Assembly (NCBI GenBank): GCA_021823165.1
Contig: JAKAOS010000001.1
Location: forward strand, 4,543-68,542
DNA from: Actinomycetes bacterium
GTDB lineage: Bacteria; Actinomycetota; Acidimicrobiia; Acidimicrobiales; JAKAOS01
Length of the DNA stretch: 64,000 nucleotides
Reading direction: 5' to 3'
The notes beneath the pieces were generated by a model. That model made no database searches and was not told the DNA's origin. It saw only the letters and a list, made by a program, of their open reading frames with translations. A program made the translations under genes and the position numbers. This document shows positions 11,702-21,707 of the stretch, piece after piece. Numbering within the stretch: the stretch's first letter is position 1; each line of letters starts with the position of its first letter.

Positions 11702-12862
11702 TCAGCCGGGGTAGGTGGCCGAGGAGGAGTTGTGGTTGTTCCTCCTGTGGCCCCACATCGCAGCCCTGGCCAAAAGCGCCGGGCCCGAAATAACCCCCAC
11801 CGGCGTGCTTCCATCGGGGGCAAGCACGACCGCCCAGGGGCTTTGTGACTGAAATCGGACCACGACGTCGGATGCGGGATCGTCCTCCATCACAAGGGGA
11901 ACCTCTTCAATGGGCCAGGACAGGTCGATGACCCGGAAGCGGGAACGCTCCGCCTTGGGGAGGGCATAGAGCTGTTCCAGCCCCACGACGCCCGCCAATC
12001 CTCCTCCCCACCTCTCCACCGGGAGGGCGGGCCGGGCCGGGCCGGCAAGGCCATCTTCCATCACGGCCTCGACGGTGAGCCAACCGGGTATGGCAATGGG
12101 GGTCGGGATCATCACGTCGGCGGCGGTGAGGCCGAACAGGGCGCTTTCCGTCCGGGCCCTTCCTCCCTCAACTGCAGCGCCCGACGCGATCATCCAGCCG
12201 GTCAAAGCGATCCAGAGGCCGGCCAGGAAGCCATACAGGGAAGCCAATGCCCCTGTGATCACCATTGCCCAACCTATGACCTGGCCCGACCTTGCGGCGA
12301 CCGCGGCGGCACGAAGCTGCTTGCCGGTGAGCTTCCAGACCAAAGCATGAAGCAGGTGTCCCCCGTCTAAGGGGCTTGCCGGTAGCAGATTCAATAGCGC
12401 CAAAAGAATGTTCATGGCGCCCAGCCATGCAAGTGAACCCGCCAGGAGAGACACCACGTGAAGCGCCGAAAGACCAATCGAGGTAGCTGCGGCTACTACT
12501 CCGATGCCGAGGCTCGTAAGTGGGCCGGAGGCAGAGATGAGGGTCTCGGCGCGTGCCGTCTCCGGTTCTTTTTCGAGCTTGGTTACCCCGCCCAACATCC
12601 ATAGGCTTATGCGTTCGGGCCTGATGTGCTGGCTGCGAGCGACCGTTGCATGTGCCAGTTCGTGCGCGGCCACCGTCGCCATGAACCCGACCGCCGTTAA
12701 GGCTCCGGCCAGCCCGTACTCCCACTTGGCATGCCTGGGGGCCAAATGGGGCAGGACGCCGTAGGCCAAGCCCATGCCTACCAGGGCCGTGATGACGAAG
12801 AAGGACCAGCTGGCATCGATCTCGATGCCCCTTATTCGGCCAAGTCGGACGCTGGTTCTCAC
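11702..12862 (-). CDS. M50 (site-2 protease) family metalloprotease with C-terminal CBS-like pair
   Basis: 'AAHELAHA' HExxH within a multi-TM N-terminal half, with a soluble CBS-like C-terminal half. Confidence 0.85.
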   Translation of the reverse strand: MRTSVRLGRIRGIEIDASWSFFVITALVGMGLAYGVLPHLAPRHAKWEYGLAGALTAVGFMATVAAHELAHATVARSQHIRPERISLWMLGGVTKLEKEPETARAETLISASGPLTSLGIGVVAAATSIGLSALHVVSLLAGSLAWLGAMNILLALLNLLPASPLDGGHLLHALVWKLTGKQLRAAAVAARSGQVIGWAMVITGALASLYGFLAGLWIALTGWMIASGAAVEGGRARTESALFGLTAADVMIPTPIAIPGWLTVEAVMEDGLAGPARPALPVERWGGGLAGVVGLEQLYALPKAERSRFRVIDLSWPIEEVPLVMEDDPASDVVVRFQSQSPWAVVLAPDGSTPVGVISGPALLARAAMWGHRRNNHNSSSATYPG

Positions 12863-13085
12863 GATTCCTCAGTCCCAGGCTACTGCCGTCAGCTGCATCG
12901 GACCACTGCAGCCCGTTGGTTCCAACAGCAATCCTTTTAGCTAAAACGCCCTTCACCGCCCGGGCATTCCTTACCGGCCCGGGCGCCAGGGCTGATTGCA
13001 GCGTTGAACCGGACAGTTGTGCCAGATGGGTTGCGAGGACCCTGGTTGTGCCGGTGGGCTTCGGCACTGGCTAGCGTGGCGAGCC

Positions 13086-15176
13086 ATGAACATCTGGCCC
13101 GGAAGCCCCTATCCGCTGGGTGCCATATTCGATGGGGCCGGGACCAACTTCTCGCTCTTCTCCGAATCGGCCGAAGGGGTAGAACTCTGCCTCTTCGAAG
13201 ACGGGGAGGAACGCCGGGTGGAGCTGTCCGAGGCGGACGCCTACTGCTTTCACGGCTACCTGCCAAACGTGGGGCCTGGGACCCGTTACGGCTACAGGGT
13301 GCATGGGCCCTGGGACCCCGCCGCCGGCCAGCGGCACAATGCGGCGAAGTTGCTCCTCGATCCTTATGCGCGGGCGATATCGGGCGATATCAGGTGGAAC
13401 CCGGCCGTCTACGGATACGAGTTTGGCGAGCCCGAGCGGGCCAATCACTCCGACAGCGCCCCCTTCATGCCGCGCTCCATTGTCACCAGCCCCTACTTCG
13501 ATTGGGGCGATGACCGCCCGCCGCGGGTACCACTGGCAGATACGGTCATCTACGAAGTTCATGTGAAAGGCTTCACACATACCCACCCCGGAATCCCCGA
13601 GGAGTTAAGGGGTACATATGCGGGCCTGGCCAGCCCGGCGGCGATCGAGTGGCTCAAAAAGCTCGGGGTCACCTCGGTGGAACTGATGCCCGTGCATCAT
13701 TTCGTGCACGACGAGCGCCTGGTGCGTCTGGGGTTGCAGAACTACTGGGGTTACAACTCCATCGGTTACTTCGCCCCCCATGGCGGGTATGCCACTTCCG
13801 CAGCGGGATCCCAGGTCCAAGAGTTCAAAGCCATGGTGCGCACCCTGCACGAAGAGGGCTTCGAAGTTCTGTTGGACGTCGTCTACAACCACACCGCCGA
13901 AGGCAACCACCTGGGTCCCACCCTTTGTTTCAAGGGCATCGACAACGCCTCTTATTACCGACTGGAGGAGGACCGCCGCTACTACCGGGACTACACCGGC
14001 ACGGGCAACAGCCTGAACATGCGGTCCCCACATGTGTTGCAGTTGATAATGGACTCGCTGCGCTACTGGGTGGAGGAGTGCCACGTCGACGGTTTCCGCT
14101 TCGACCTTGCGGCCACCCTGGCCAGGGAGTTGCATGACGTGGACCGGCTGTCGGCGTTCTTCGACCTCATCCAGCAGGACCCGGTCGTATCCAGGGTGAA
14201 GTTGATTGCCGAGCCCTGGGACGTCGGCGAAGGGGGATACCAGGTCGGGAACTTCCCGCCTCTGTGGTCGGAGTGGAACGGCAAGTACAGAGACGCCGTA
14301 AGGGATTACTGGCGGGGCAATGAGTCGACCCTGGGCGAGATGGGCTACCGCCTGACGGGCAGTTCGGACCTGTATGGACAGACCGGCCGGCGACCCTTTG
14401 CGAGTGTGAACTTCGTCACCTGCCACGACGGGTTCACCCTGGCGGACCTGGTTTCCTACAACGACAAGCACAACGAGGCCAACGGGGAGGAAAACCGGGA
14501 CGGTTCACCTGATAACCGAGCCTGGAACTGCGGGGCAGAGGGATTCAGCGACGACCCGGCCATTACTTCGTTGCGCCGCCGCCAGCAGCGGAACTTCCTT
14601 ACCACCCTGATGCTCTCCCAGGGGATACCGATGTTGCTGGGCGGCGATGAGATGGGGCGCACCCAGGGGGGCAACAACAACGCATACTGCCAGGACAACG
14701 AGGTCTCGTGGTTCGACTGGGAGAACATCGACGACCAACTCGTAGCCTTCACCCGTGAACTGGTGGCTCTGCGAAGGGCACACCCGGTCTTCCGCCGTAG
14801 GCGCTTCTTCCAGGGCCGGGTGCTTTATGGCGAGGGCGCCTACGACATAGCGTGGTTCGGCCCGGACGGCACCCCGATGTCGGGCGATGACTGGTCCAAG
14901 GCGCACGAGAGGAGCCTGGGCATGCTGCTCAACGGCGATGCGATCCCAGACCCGGGATCGAGAGGGGAAAGGGTCACCGACGAGACCTTTTTGGTCCTTG
15001 CCAACTCCGAGGCGGAAGTTGTCCGCTTCAGGTTGCCGCCCAAGTCCTGGGCACCGGCCTGGGTACAGGTCCTGGACACTGCTGCCCAAAAGCCCTTCGG
15101 CAGCGCCCAGAGGCGGGTCGCGGGCGGGACGGTGGTGCTGGAGGCCCGGTCGATGAAGGTATTCCGGAAAGCCTGA
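13086..15176 (+). CDS. glgX: Glycogen debranching enzyme
   Basis: GH13 motifs 'LLDVVYNHT', 'GFRFDLA', 'IAEPWD' and 'FVTCHDGF'. Start set at the internal ATG 'MNIWPGSPYPLGA', a typical GlgX N-terminus. Confidence 0.93.
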   Translation: MNIWPGSPYPLGAIFDGAGTNFSLFSESAEGVELCLFEDGEERRVELSEADAYCFHGYLPNVGPGTRYGYRVHGPWDPAAGQRHNAAKLLLDPYARAISGDIRWNPAVYGYEFGEPERANHSDSAPFMPRSIVTSPYFDWGDDRPPRVPLADTVIYEVHVKGFTHTHPGIPEELRGTYAGLASPAAIEWLKKLGVTSVELMPVHHFVHDERLVRLGLQNYWGYNSIGYFAPHGGYATSAAGSQVQEFKAMVRTLHEEGFEVLLDVVYNHTAEGNHLGPTLCFKGIDNASYYRLEEDRRYYRDYTGTGNSLNMRSPHVLQLIMDSLRYWVEECHVDGFRFDLAATLARELHDVDRLSAFFDLIQQDPVVSRVKLIAEPWDVGEGGYQVGNFPPLWSEWNGKYRDAVRDYWRGNESTLGEMGYRLTGSSDLYGQTGRRPFASVNFVTCHDGFTLADLVSYNDKHNEANGEENRDGSPDNRAWNCGAEGFSDDPAITSLRRRQQRNFLTTLMLSQGIPMLLGGDEMGRTQGGNNNAYCQDNEVSWFDWENIDDQLVAFTRELVALRRAHPVFRRRRFFQGRVLYGEGAYDIAWFGPDGTPMSGDDWSKAHERSLGMLLNGDAIPDPGSRGERVTDETFLVLANSEAEVVRFRLPPKSWAPAWVQVLDTAAQKPFGSAQRRVAGGTVVLEARSMKVFRKA

Positions 15177-17966
15177 ATGGTCGGCCCGGCCGTACCGACC
15201 GCCACCTACCGGATCCAGCTCCGGCCCGGATTCGGCTTTGCCGAAGTGGCACGCCTGGCGCCCTATCTCCGCGCCCTGGGGGTGTCTCATCTGTATTTGT
15301 CCCCCGTGATGGAGGCGGTCTCAAACAGCCAGCACGGCTACGACGTGGTGGATCCCACCAGGGTGAGAGAGGAACTCGGCGGCCCGGAGGGCTTTTCTGA
15401 GCTTTGTTCGGCCCTGGGCAAGGCCGGGATCGCCCAGATCATCGACATCGTGCCCAATCACATGGCCATCGGGGTCCCAGAGAACCGCTGGTGGTGGGAC
15501 GTCTTGGAGAACGGCCCCTCGAGCCTCTACGCCTCCTATTTCGACGTGGACTGGGATCGGGGTCCTCACAACCGCATTCAGCTGCCCATGCTCGCCGAGA
15601 GGTATGGGGACATGGTCCGCCAGGCCCGGCTTCATCCGCGCCTTGTAAGTGGCGCCTTCCTGCTCCGCCACGAGTCCTGGGAACTGCCCTTGGCGCCCCC
15701 CTCGGTGGCCGATGTGGTGGCTGCGGCCGCATCGGATCTGGAGGAAGCTGCGGCTGTGGAGCTTTCTGCCATTGCCACCGCATTGGCCAGGTTGTCGCCA
15801 TCGTGGGTCACCGATACCGATGCGGTGCGGGAGCGGCACCTTGCCAAGGACAGGCTCCGCGGCCGGCTTGCCGGCCTCTGCAACCAGCACCCGGCCGTAA
15901 CGGAGGCCATCGAGGCGAGATTGGAGTCCATCCGGGAGGACCCCGCCGAGTTGGACAGGCTCCTGGAGGCCCAGAACTACCGCCTGTCTCACTGGCGCAG
16001 TGCGAGTGATGAGCTGGACTACCGGAGATTCTTTGACATCGGGACCCTCATAGGGGTGCGGGTGGAGGATGAACTGGTATTCGCCGACAGCCACTCCCTG
16101 GTGTTGGAGTGGCTGGGCAGCGGGCGCATCGACGGCGTACGCATCGATCACGTAGACGGCCTTGCAGACCCCACCACCTATCTTCACCGGCTTCGCGAGG
16201 CGGGGGAGCGGGCATGGGTGGTGGTGGAAAAGATCCTCGGCCCCGGTGAAGCCCTTCCCGAGCAGTGGCCGGTGTCGGGGACCACGGGTTATGAGGTCGC
16301 GGCCGCAATCACAAGGGTGTTCATCGACCCCGCAGGCGAGGAGCCCCTGAGCAACCTGTGGGCCGAGATCTCCGGGGACGATAGAGACTTCGAGGCCTAT
16401 GCCCATGTGGCAAAACACGAGGTCCTGGGTGCCGCGCTGCGGCCGGATTTGTCGAGGGTGGCCCGGCGCCTGGCCGACCTTGCCCGTTCCGAACTTCGCT
16501 GGCGGGACTACACCTTTGCCGAACTTTCCAAGGCATGCGAGGAGGTGCTTGCATGCCTTGGCATCTACAGGACCTACGTGCCCAGCCATGGCGATGCCTC
16601 CGAACGAGACACCGCACGCATAGACGCGGCCCTTGGCGAGGCCGCTCGGCGCCTGGCAGGGGCCGATGATGGCACTTGGGAACTGATCCGGTGCGTGGCA
16701 TTGGGAAGGGAGCCCTTTTCGGGGGAACGGGGATCTGAGGTGCGGCGGCGCTTTCAGCAACTCTCGGGTGCCGTTGCCGCCAAGGCCGTGGAGGATTGCG
16801 CCTTCTATCGCCATAGCCGCCTGGTTGCATTGAATGAGGTGGGAGCGGACCCGGGCTCTTTTGGGCTGGATTTGGGGAGCTTCCATGCCGCTGCATCGGC
16901 TTGGCAGCGATGGCCCTTTGCGATGGTGTGCAGCTCCACTCACGACACCAAGCGTTCCGAGGACGTACGTGCCCGGATCGGGGTGCTTTCAGAGGCCGCC
17001 GGGCCCTGGGCCAGCACCACCAGGCGCTGGCTTTCCAGCCTGACGAGGCACTGGCGGGGAGCCGATGCCGACCCTGGGATGCAGTACCTGTTCCTCCAGA
17101 GCCTGGTTGGGGTCTTCTCCCCGCTGCAGTCCGGCGGCGAATACCGCAGTGAGCTGGCAAGCAGGCTCTCGGCTTACATGCTGAAGGCCGCCAGGGAGGC
17201 AAAGCTGCGCACGTCCTGGATAGATCAGGACGCTTCCTATGAGGCGGCACTGGAGTCCTATGTGGCCGAATGCCTCTGGGACGAGGCGTTCATGGCGGAT
17301 TGCGCCGGGTTGGTCGCATCCTGCCTCGGGGAGGCCGGATGGCTGACATCGCTGGGTATGACCGCGGCAAAGATGTCTCTCCCCGGTGTGCCCGACACCT
17401 ACCAGGGATGCGAGGTATGGGACGACTCCCTTGTAGATCCCGACAACCGCCGAGCTGTGGATTTTGCGGCCCGACAGGCTCTGTTGGAAAGCCTTGGCGA
17501 ACAAAGCTTGGGCCAGTTGTGGGAGGACCCCGAAACACTGGCCTCCGGCGCACCGAAGCTGGCGGTGATCTCGCGTCTGGCGAGCCTGCGCAAGCGGCGT
17601 GCCGACTGCTTTGGTGACTCCGCGCAGTACCTGCCGGTGCGGGCGGTGGGGGATGGGGCCCAAAACCTGCTCTGCTACGCCAGGGTGGGCAGCGGGCCGG
17701 GGAGGATTGTGGTGGTGCTTCCTCGCCTGGTGCTCTCTGCCCTGAGCCGCTCTGAGGCCTATGTGGAGGGGATCGATGGCTGGCCGAGCATGCGGATCGG
17801 GACGATGGCCAGGGCCGTGGCTCAGTCCCTGGCCTCCACGGTCATTGACATTCCTGGAGGCCAGTACCGGGACGTGCTCAGCAACAGGATGATTGAGGGT
17901 GGTCGGGTAGAGGCATCTGGGGTATGGGGTGAGTTTCCGATGTGTGTATTGGAGGCAATCCCTTGA
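15177..17966 (+). CDS. treY: Malto-oligosyltrehalose synthase
   Basis: 929-aa ORF with 'SHLYLSPV', 'IDIVPNHMA' and 'DGVRIDHVDGL'. It starts immediately after the glgX stop. Confidence 0.92.
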   Translation: MVGPAVPTATYRIQLRPGFGFAEVARLAPYLRALGVSHLYLSPVMEAVSNSQHGYDVVDPTRVREELGGPEGFSELCSALGKAGIAQIIDIVPNHMAIGVPENRWWWDVLENGPSSLYASYFDVDWDRGPHNRIQLPMLAERYGDMVRQARLHPRLVSGAFLLRHESWELPLAPPSVADVVAAAASDLEEAAAVELSAIATALARLSPSWVTDTDAVRERHLAKDRLRGRLAGLCNQHPAVTEAIEARLESIREDPAELDRLLEAQNYRLSHWRSASDELDYRRFFDIGTLIGVRVEDELVFADSHSLVLEWLGSGRIDGVRIDHVDGLADPTTYLHRLREAGERAWVVVEKILGPGEALPEQWPVSGTTGYEVAAAITRVFIDPAGEEPLSNLWAEISGDDRDFEAYAHVAKHEVLGAALRPDLSRVARRLADLARSELRWRDYTFAELSKACEEVLACLGIYRTYVPSHGDASERDTARIDAALGEAARRLAGADDGTWELIRCVALGREPFSGERGSEVRRRFQQLSGAVAAKAVEDCAFYRHSRLVALNEVGADPGSFGLDLGSFHAAASAWQRWPFAMVCSSTHDTKRSEDVRARIGVLSEAAGPWASTTRRWLSSLTRHWRGADADPGMQYLFLQSLVGVFSPLQSGGEYRSELASRLSAYMLKAAREAKLRTSWIDQDASYEAALESYVAECLWDEAFMADCAGLVASCLGEAGWLTSLGMTAAKMSLPGVPDTYQGCEVWDDSLVDPDNRRAVDFAARQALLESLGEQSLGQLWEDPETLASGAPKLAVISRLASLRKRRADCFGDSAQYLPVRAVGDGAQNLLCYARVGSGPGRIVVVLPRLVLSALSRSEAYVEGIDGWPSMRIGTMARAVAQSLASTVIDIPGGQYRDVLSNRMIEGGRVEASGVWGEFPMCVLEAIP

Positions 17967-19768
17967 GTCATCTGTTCTCGGTGTGGGCACCGTCGGCGGA
18001 GTCGGTGGAGGTAGTCATTGAGCTGGCTTCCGGTGACCTGCAGCGTTCAGCGATGAATCCGGTGCAACAGGACCCCTCGGCGCGCTGGCACAGAGGCCCC
18101 ACCCGAGGGGGTTGGTGGGCCGGCCAGGTCGAAGATGCGGGGGTGGCAACCCGCTACTGGTTCAGCCTCGACGGCGGGCCGTTGCTGCCCGATCCTCGTT
18201 CAACAAGTCAGCCCGAGGGGCCTCACGGACCCTCTGAGGTGACCGACACCAGGGGCTTTGGATGGACCGATGAGTCCTGGCGCGGCCTGTATTTGCCCTC
18301 CTCGGCCATCTACGAATGCCATGTCGGGACCTTTTCACCAAGCGGCGACTTTGCCGGTGTCGCCGACCGGCTCGGGCACCTTTCGGATTTGGGTGTGGAT
18401 GTATTGGAACTGATGCCGGTGGCGGAGTTCCCCGGCCTGCGGGGTTGGGGATACGACGGGGTCGACCTGTATGCCCCCCATCACCGCTATGGCGGTCCGG
18501 TCGGCCTGGCGGGGCTGGTGGATGCGGCCCATGGTCGTGGGATAGGTGTGTTTTTAGACGTCGTCTATAACCACCTGGGCCCCGACGGCAACTATCTGAG
18601 CGCCTTCGGCCCCTACTTCACCGACCGCCACAGCACCCCCTGGGGGGCTGGGTTGAATCTCGACGGCCCCTACAGCGACGGAGTGCGGGCCTTTTTGATC
18701 GAGAACGCCCTTTATTGGCTGGAGGAGTATCACTTAGACGGCTTGCGGTTGGACGCAGTGCACGCCATCTACGACTCCTCGGCGGCACACTTCCTCGAGG
18801 AACTCTCCACGGCGGTGGCGGAACTCGGGGCCCGGCTCGGGCGGAAGCTGTGGTTGGTGGCCGAGTCGGACCTCAATGACCCATGGGTGGTGCGCCCGGT
18901 CGAAGCGGCCGGTCTTGGTATGGACGCGCAGTGGAGCGACGACTTCCACCACGCGCTCTGGGCCGCCCTTACCGGCGAGAGGGCCGGCTATTACCGCGAT
19001 TTTGGCGACCTGGGCGATCTGGCGGCCTGCTTCGAGGGGGCCTTTGCCCGCCCCGGCGCCTTCTCCGGTTTCAGGGGCCGACGCCATGGGCGTGCCGTTG
19101 GGGATTTGGCTCCGTGGAGATTCTTGGCCTATGTGCAGAATCATGATCAGGTGGGCAACCGCGCAAAGGGTGAACGGATGGGATCTCTGCTCACGCCCAG
19201 GCGGCAGAAGGTCGCCCTCGGCGTGGTCTTGTGCAGCCCCTTTGTGCCGTTGTTGTTCCAGGGGGAGGAGTGGGGGGCCACCACTCCCTTCCTCTATTTC
19301 ACCGACCACACCGACCCTGGCCTGGCAGAGGCGGTGTCGATGGGCAGGCGGAGGGAGTTTGCCGCCTTTGGGTGGCAGCCCGAGGAGGTGCCCGACCCAC
19401 AGGACCCTGGGAGCTTTGCCGCATCGGTGTTGGATTGGTCCCAATCCAACCAAGCCGTTGGGAGAGAACTCCAGGACTGGGTGCGCCAGCTCCTGGCCCT
19501 ACGGCGCAGCGAGGCATTTCAGCCCACATCCCACTTTGAAGACATCACCGCCACCGCAGACGGCTCGGTCCTGATCGTCAGGAGGGCTCGGAGCATGATG
19601 GTGGCCAACTTCTCCCAGGAACGGGCATGTGTCTCTTTCGATACCCCGCTGGAAGGTGATGGTGGCTGGGAGGTGGCTGCCGCTTGTGGTGGGGTTGGCA
19701 TCGAGGAGGATCGCCTGTGTATCGATGGAGAGTCCTTTGCTTTTGTCTGGATGGCCACCCGACGATGA
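17963..19768 (+). CDS. treZ: Malto-oligosyltrehalose trehalohydrolase
   Basis: 'FLDVVYNHLGPDGNY', 'GLRLDAVHA', 'LVAESDLND' and 'YVQNHDQVGNR'. TTG start in a TTGA overlap with the treY stop; the track's start at 17942 is the alternative. Confidence 0.92.
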   Translation: MSHLFSVWAPSAESVEVVIELASGDLQRSAMNPVQQDPSARWHRGPTRGGWWAGQVEDAGVATRYWFSLDGGPLLPDPRSTSQPEGPHGPSEVTDTRGFGWTDESWRGLYLPSSAIYECHVGTFSPSGDFAGVADRLGHLSDLGVDVLELMPVAEFPGLRGWGYDGVDLYAPHHRYGGPVGLAGLVDAAHGRGIGVFLDVVYNHLGPDGNYLSAFGPYFTDRHSTPWGAGLNLDGPYSDGVRAFLIENALYWLEEYHLDGLRLDAVHAIYDSSAAHFLEELSTAVAELGARLGRKLWLVAESDLNDPWVVRPVEAAGLGMDAQWSDDFHHALWAALTGERAGYYRDFGDLGDLAACFEGAFARPGAFSGFRGRRHGRAVGDLAPWRFLAYVQNHDQVGNRAKGERMGSLLTPRRQKVALGVVLCSPFVPLLFQGEEWGATTPFLYFTDHTDPGLAEAVSMGRRREFAAFGWQPEEVPDPQDPGSFAASVLDWSQSNQAVGRELQDWVRQLLALRRSEAFQPTSHFEDITATADGSVLIVRRARSMMVANFSQERACVSFDTPLEGDGGWEVAAACGGVGIEEDRLCIDGESFAFVWMATRR

Positions 19769-19826
19769 CGGGGATGTCGCTGAAGCCACAGAGGCGGCCG
19801 GCTTCGCCTGGAGGGGTGACAGGCGG

Positions 19827-20156
19827 TTGAGCACAAAGGTGGCAGTCATCGTGGTGACCTCGGACTCCCGTGAGGAGCTGAACTCGCTCTGCGAGGTGCT
19901 GCTGGCTGGCCGGCTCGTGGCGTGTGCACAGATTTCTGGGCCCATCTCCAGCCGTTACTGGTGGGCGGGCCGGCTCGAGAACGCCCAGGAATGGGTGGCG
20001 ACCCTCAAGACCACGCCGGGGATGGCGGAGCAGGTGAGCAGCTCCATAGCCGCCAGCCACAGCTATGAGGTGCCGGAAATTCTCCTCCACGAGGTGTCGG
20101 CCGCCCCCAGCTACGCAGCGTGGGTCCAAGCCGAGGTCTCGGCAAAGGGCGATTGA
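19827..20156 (+). CDS. cutA: Divalent-cation tolerance protein CutA
   Basis: The C-terminal ~109 aa of ORF 19629..20156 match the CutA pattern ('VAVIVVTS...LLAGRLVACAQI...YWW...EW'). The start is uncertain: TTG 19827 or GTG 19839. Confidence 0.72.
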   Translation: MSTKVAVIVVTSDSREELNSLCEVLLAGRLVACAQISGPISSRYWWAGRLENAQEWVATLKTTPGMAEQVSSSIAASHSYEVPEILLHEVSAAPSYAAWVQAEVSAKGD

Positions 20157-20206
20157 ACCATGCAACACATGGGGGATTTGGGCGCTGGGGCGATACACTC
20201 CGCCGG

Positions 20207-21337
20207 GTGCGTTTCGCTGTGCCTCAAGAACCCAAGGGAGAACGACGCGTAGCGCTGGTTCCCTCATCGGTGAAGACCCTCCTGGAGAGCGGATTTAGCG
20301 TTGCGGTGCAGCCCGGCGCGGGGGTCGATGCAGGCTTTTCGGACCAGGACTACGAAGAGGCGGGAGCCAGCATCGAAGAGGAGCCGTGGCGGGGTGCAGA
20401 CTTTCTGGCCTCTCTGCGTGCCCCCGCTCCCGAATGGCTCGGGTTGCTCAATCCCGGGGCCGTGGTCGTGGGCCTTTTCAGTCCCGCGATGGAGCCCGAC
20501 CTGGCGGTAGGCGCCGCGGAGGCCGGGGTTTCGCTTTTCAGCCTGGAGCTTTTGCCCCGCATCACCCGGGCCCAGTCCATGGACGCCCTTTCCTCCCAGG
20601 CGACGGTGACCGGCTATTGGGGGACTCTGGTTGCCGCGACCCGACTGCCACGGTTCTTCCCCATGCTCATGACTGCGGCTGGCACCATTCCCCCGGCACG
20701 GGTCCTGGTGATCGGGGCCGGTGTGGCGGGCCTTCAGGCGATTGCCACCGCCAGGCGACTCGGGGCGGCGGTGGTCGGCCATGACGTCAGGCCGGTGTCC
20801 CAGACCGAGGTCGAGAGCCTCGGGGCGAAGTTCTTGTCCCTGGAGGCTGGTGATGTCACCGAGGGGAGCGGGGGATATGCAGCTTCCCAGCCCGCAGAGG
20901 TTCAGCGGCGCCAGCGTGAGGTGCTGGCCCCGGCGATCGAGAACTCCGACGTGGTCATCACCACTGCCGCAATCCCCGGAAGAAGGGCACCGGTGATCGT
21001 CACCTCGGAGATGGTCCAGTCCATGCGGACCGGTTCTGTCGTTGTGGACTTGGCGGCCGACACCGGGGGCAACTGCGAACTTACCCAGGTCGGCAAGGAA
21101 GTGAGGGTCCCCGGCGGTGCGGTGGTTATCGGGGTGCGCAATCCCCCCGGGGGGATGCCGATGCATGCATCCCAGCTTTACTCCCGCAACATCGTCACCT
21201 TCGCCCAGGCGGTATTGAGCGAGGGGAAGATTTCCCTGGACCTAACCGATGAGGTTCTCGAGGCATCCTGCGTCGTCTACGGCGGCGAGATACGGCACCA
21301 GCCAACTGCGGATCGCGTTGGCTTGGCCGGAGCGTGA
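20207..21337 (+). CDS. pntAA: NAD(P) transhydrogenase subunit alpha part 1
   Basis: AlaDH/PNT N-terminal and NAD domains, with Rossmann 'VLVIGAGVAGLQAIATARRLGA'. GTG start at 'VRFAVPQE'. Confidence 0.88.
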   Translation: MRFAVPQEPKGERRVALVPSSVKTLLESGFSVAVQPGAGVDAGFSDQDYEEAGASIEEEPWRGADFLASLRAPAPEWLGLLNPGAVVVGLFSPAMEPDLAVGAAEAGVSLFSLELLPRITRAQSMDALSSQATVTGYWGTLVAATRLPRFFPMLMTAAGTIPPARVLVIGAGVAGLQAIATARRLGAAVVGHDVRPVSQTEVESLGAKFLSLEAGDVTEGSGGYAASQPAEVQRRQREVLAPAIENSDVVITTAAIPGRRAPVIVTSEMVQSMRTGSVVVDLAADTGGNCELTQVGKEVRVPGGAVVIGVRNPPGGMPMHASQLYSRNIVTFAQAVLSEGKISLDLTDEVLEASCVVYGGEIRHQPTADRVGLAGA

Positions 21338-21404
21338 TATTCCCCCGCCACCCCCGCCAGCACACGTTGGGTGGCAACAGCTCTAGAGACTGGAGGTCTT
21401 GGCA

Positions 21405-21707
21405 ATGAGCGCCTTGACGCTTCTCACCATCTTCGTGCTAGCGGTGTTCGTCGGCTTCGAGGTGATCTCGAAGGTGCCGAGCATCCTGCACACCCCCCTC
21501 ATGTCGGGGAGCAACGCAATACACGGCATCATCCTGGTCGGGGCGATGCTGGTGCTGGGCGAGTCACACGGGGTCACCCAGGAAACCCTCGGCTTCATAG
21601 CGGTGGTTTTTGCGACCTTGAATGTGGTGGGCGGCTTTGTCGTGACCGACCGGATGCTCGAGATGTTCAAGGGCAAGAAACCACGCCGAGCCAAGGAGGC
21701 GTCGTGA
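21405..21707 (+). CDS. pntAB: NAD(P) transhydrogenase subunit alpha part 2 (membrane)
   Basis: 100-aa protein with 3 TM helices and the ending 'VVTDRMLEMFK'. GGAGG lies 8 nt upstream of ATG 21405. Confidence 0.85.
   Translation: MSALTLLTIFVLAVFVGFEVISKVPSILHTPLMSGSNAIHGIILVGAMLVLGESHGVTQETLGFIAVVFATLNVVGGFVVTDRMLEMFKGKKPRRAKEAS

Noticed and set aside
21371-21703. N-terminal 111 codons of ORF 21371..23077, and similarly 40699..41163 of the thiO ORF, 62144..62563 of the pgl ORF and 63201..63791 of the opcA ORF.
   Set aside because: These extensions overlap the well-supported upstream genes in another frame and are compositionally junk. GTGA/ATGA overlap starts or internal ATGs give proteins of the expected family length.
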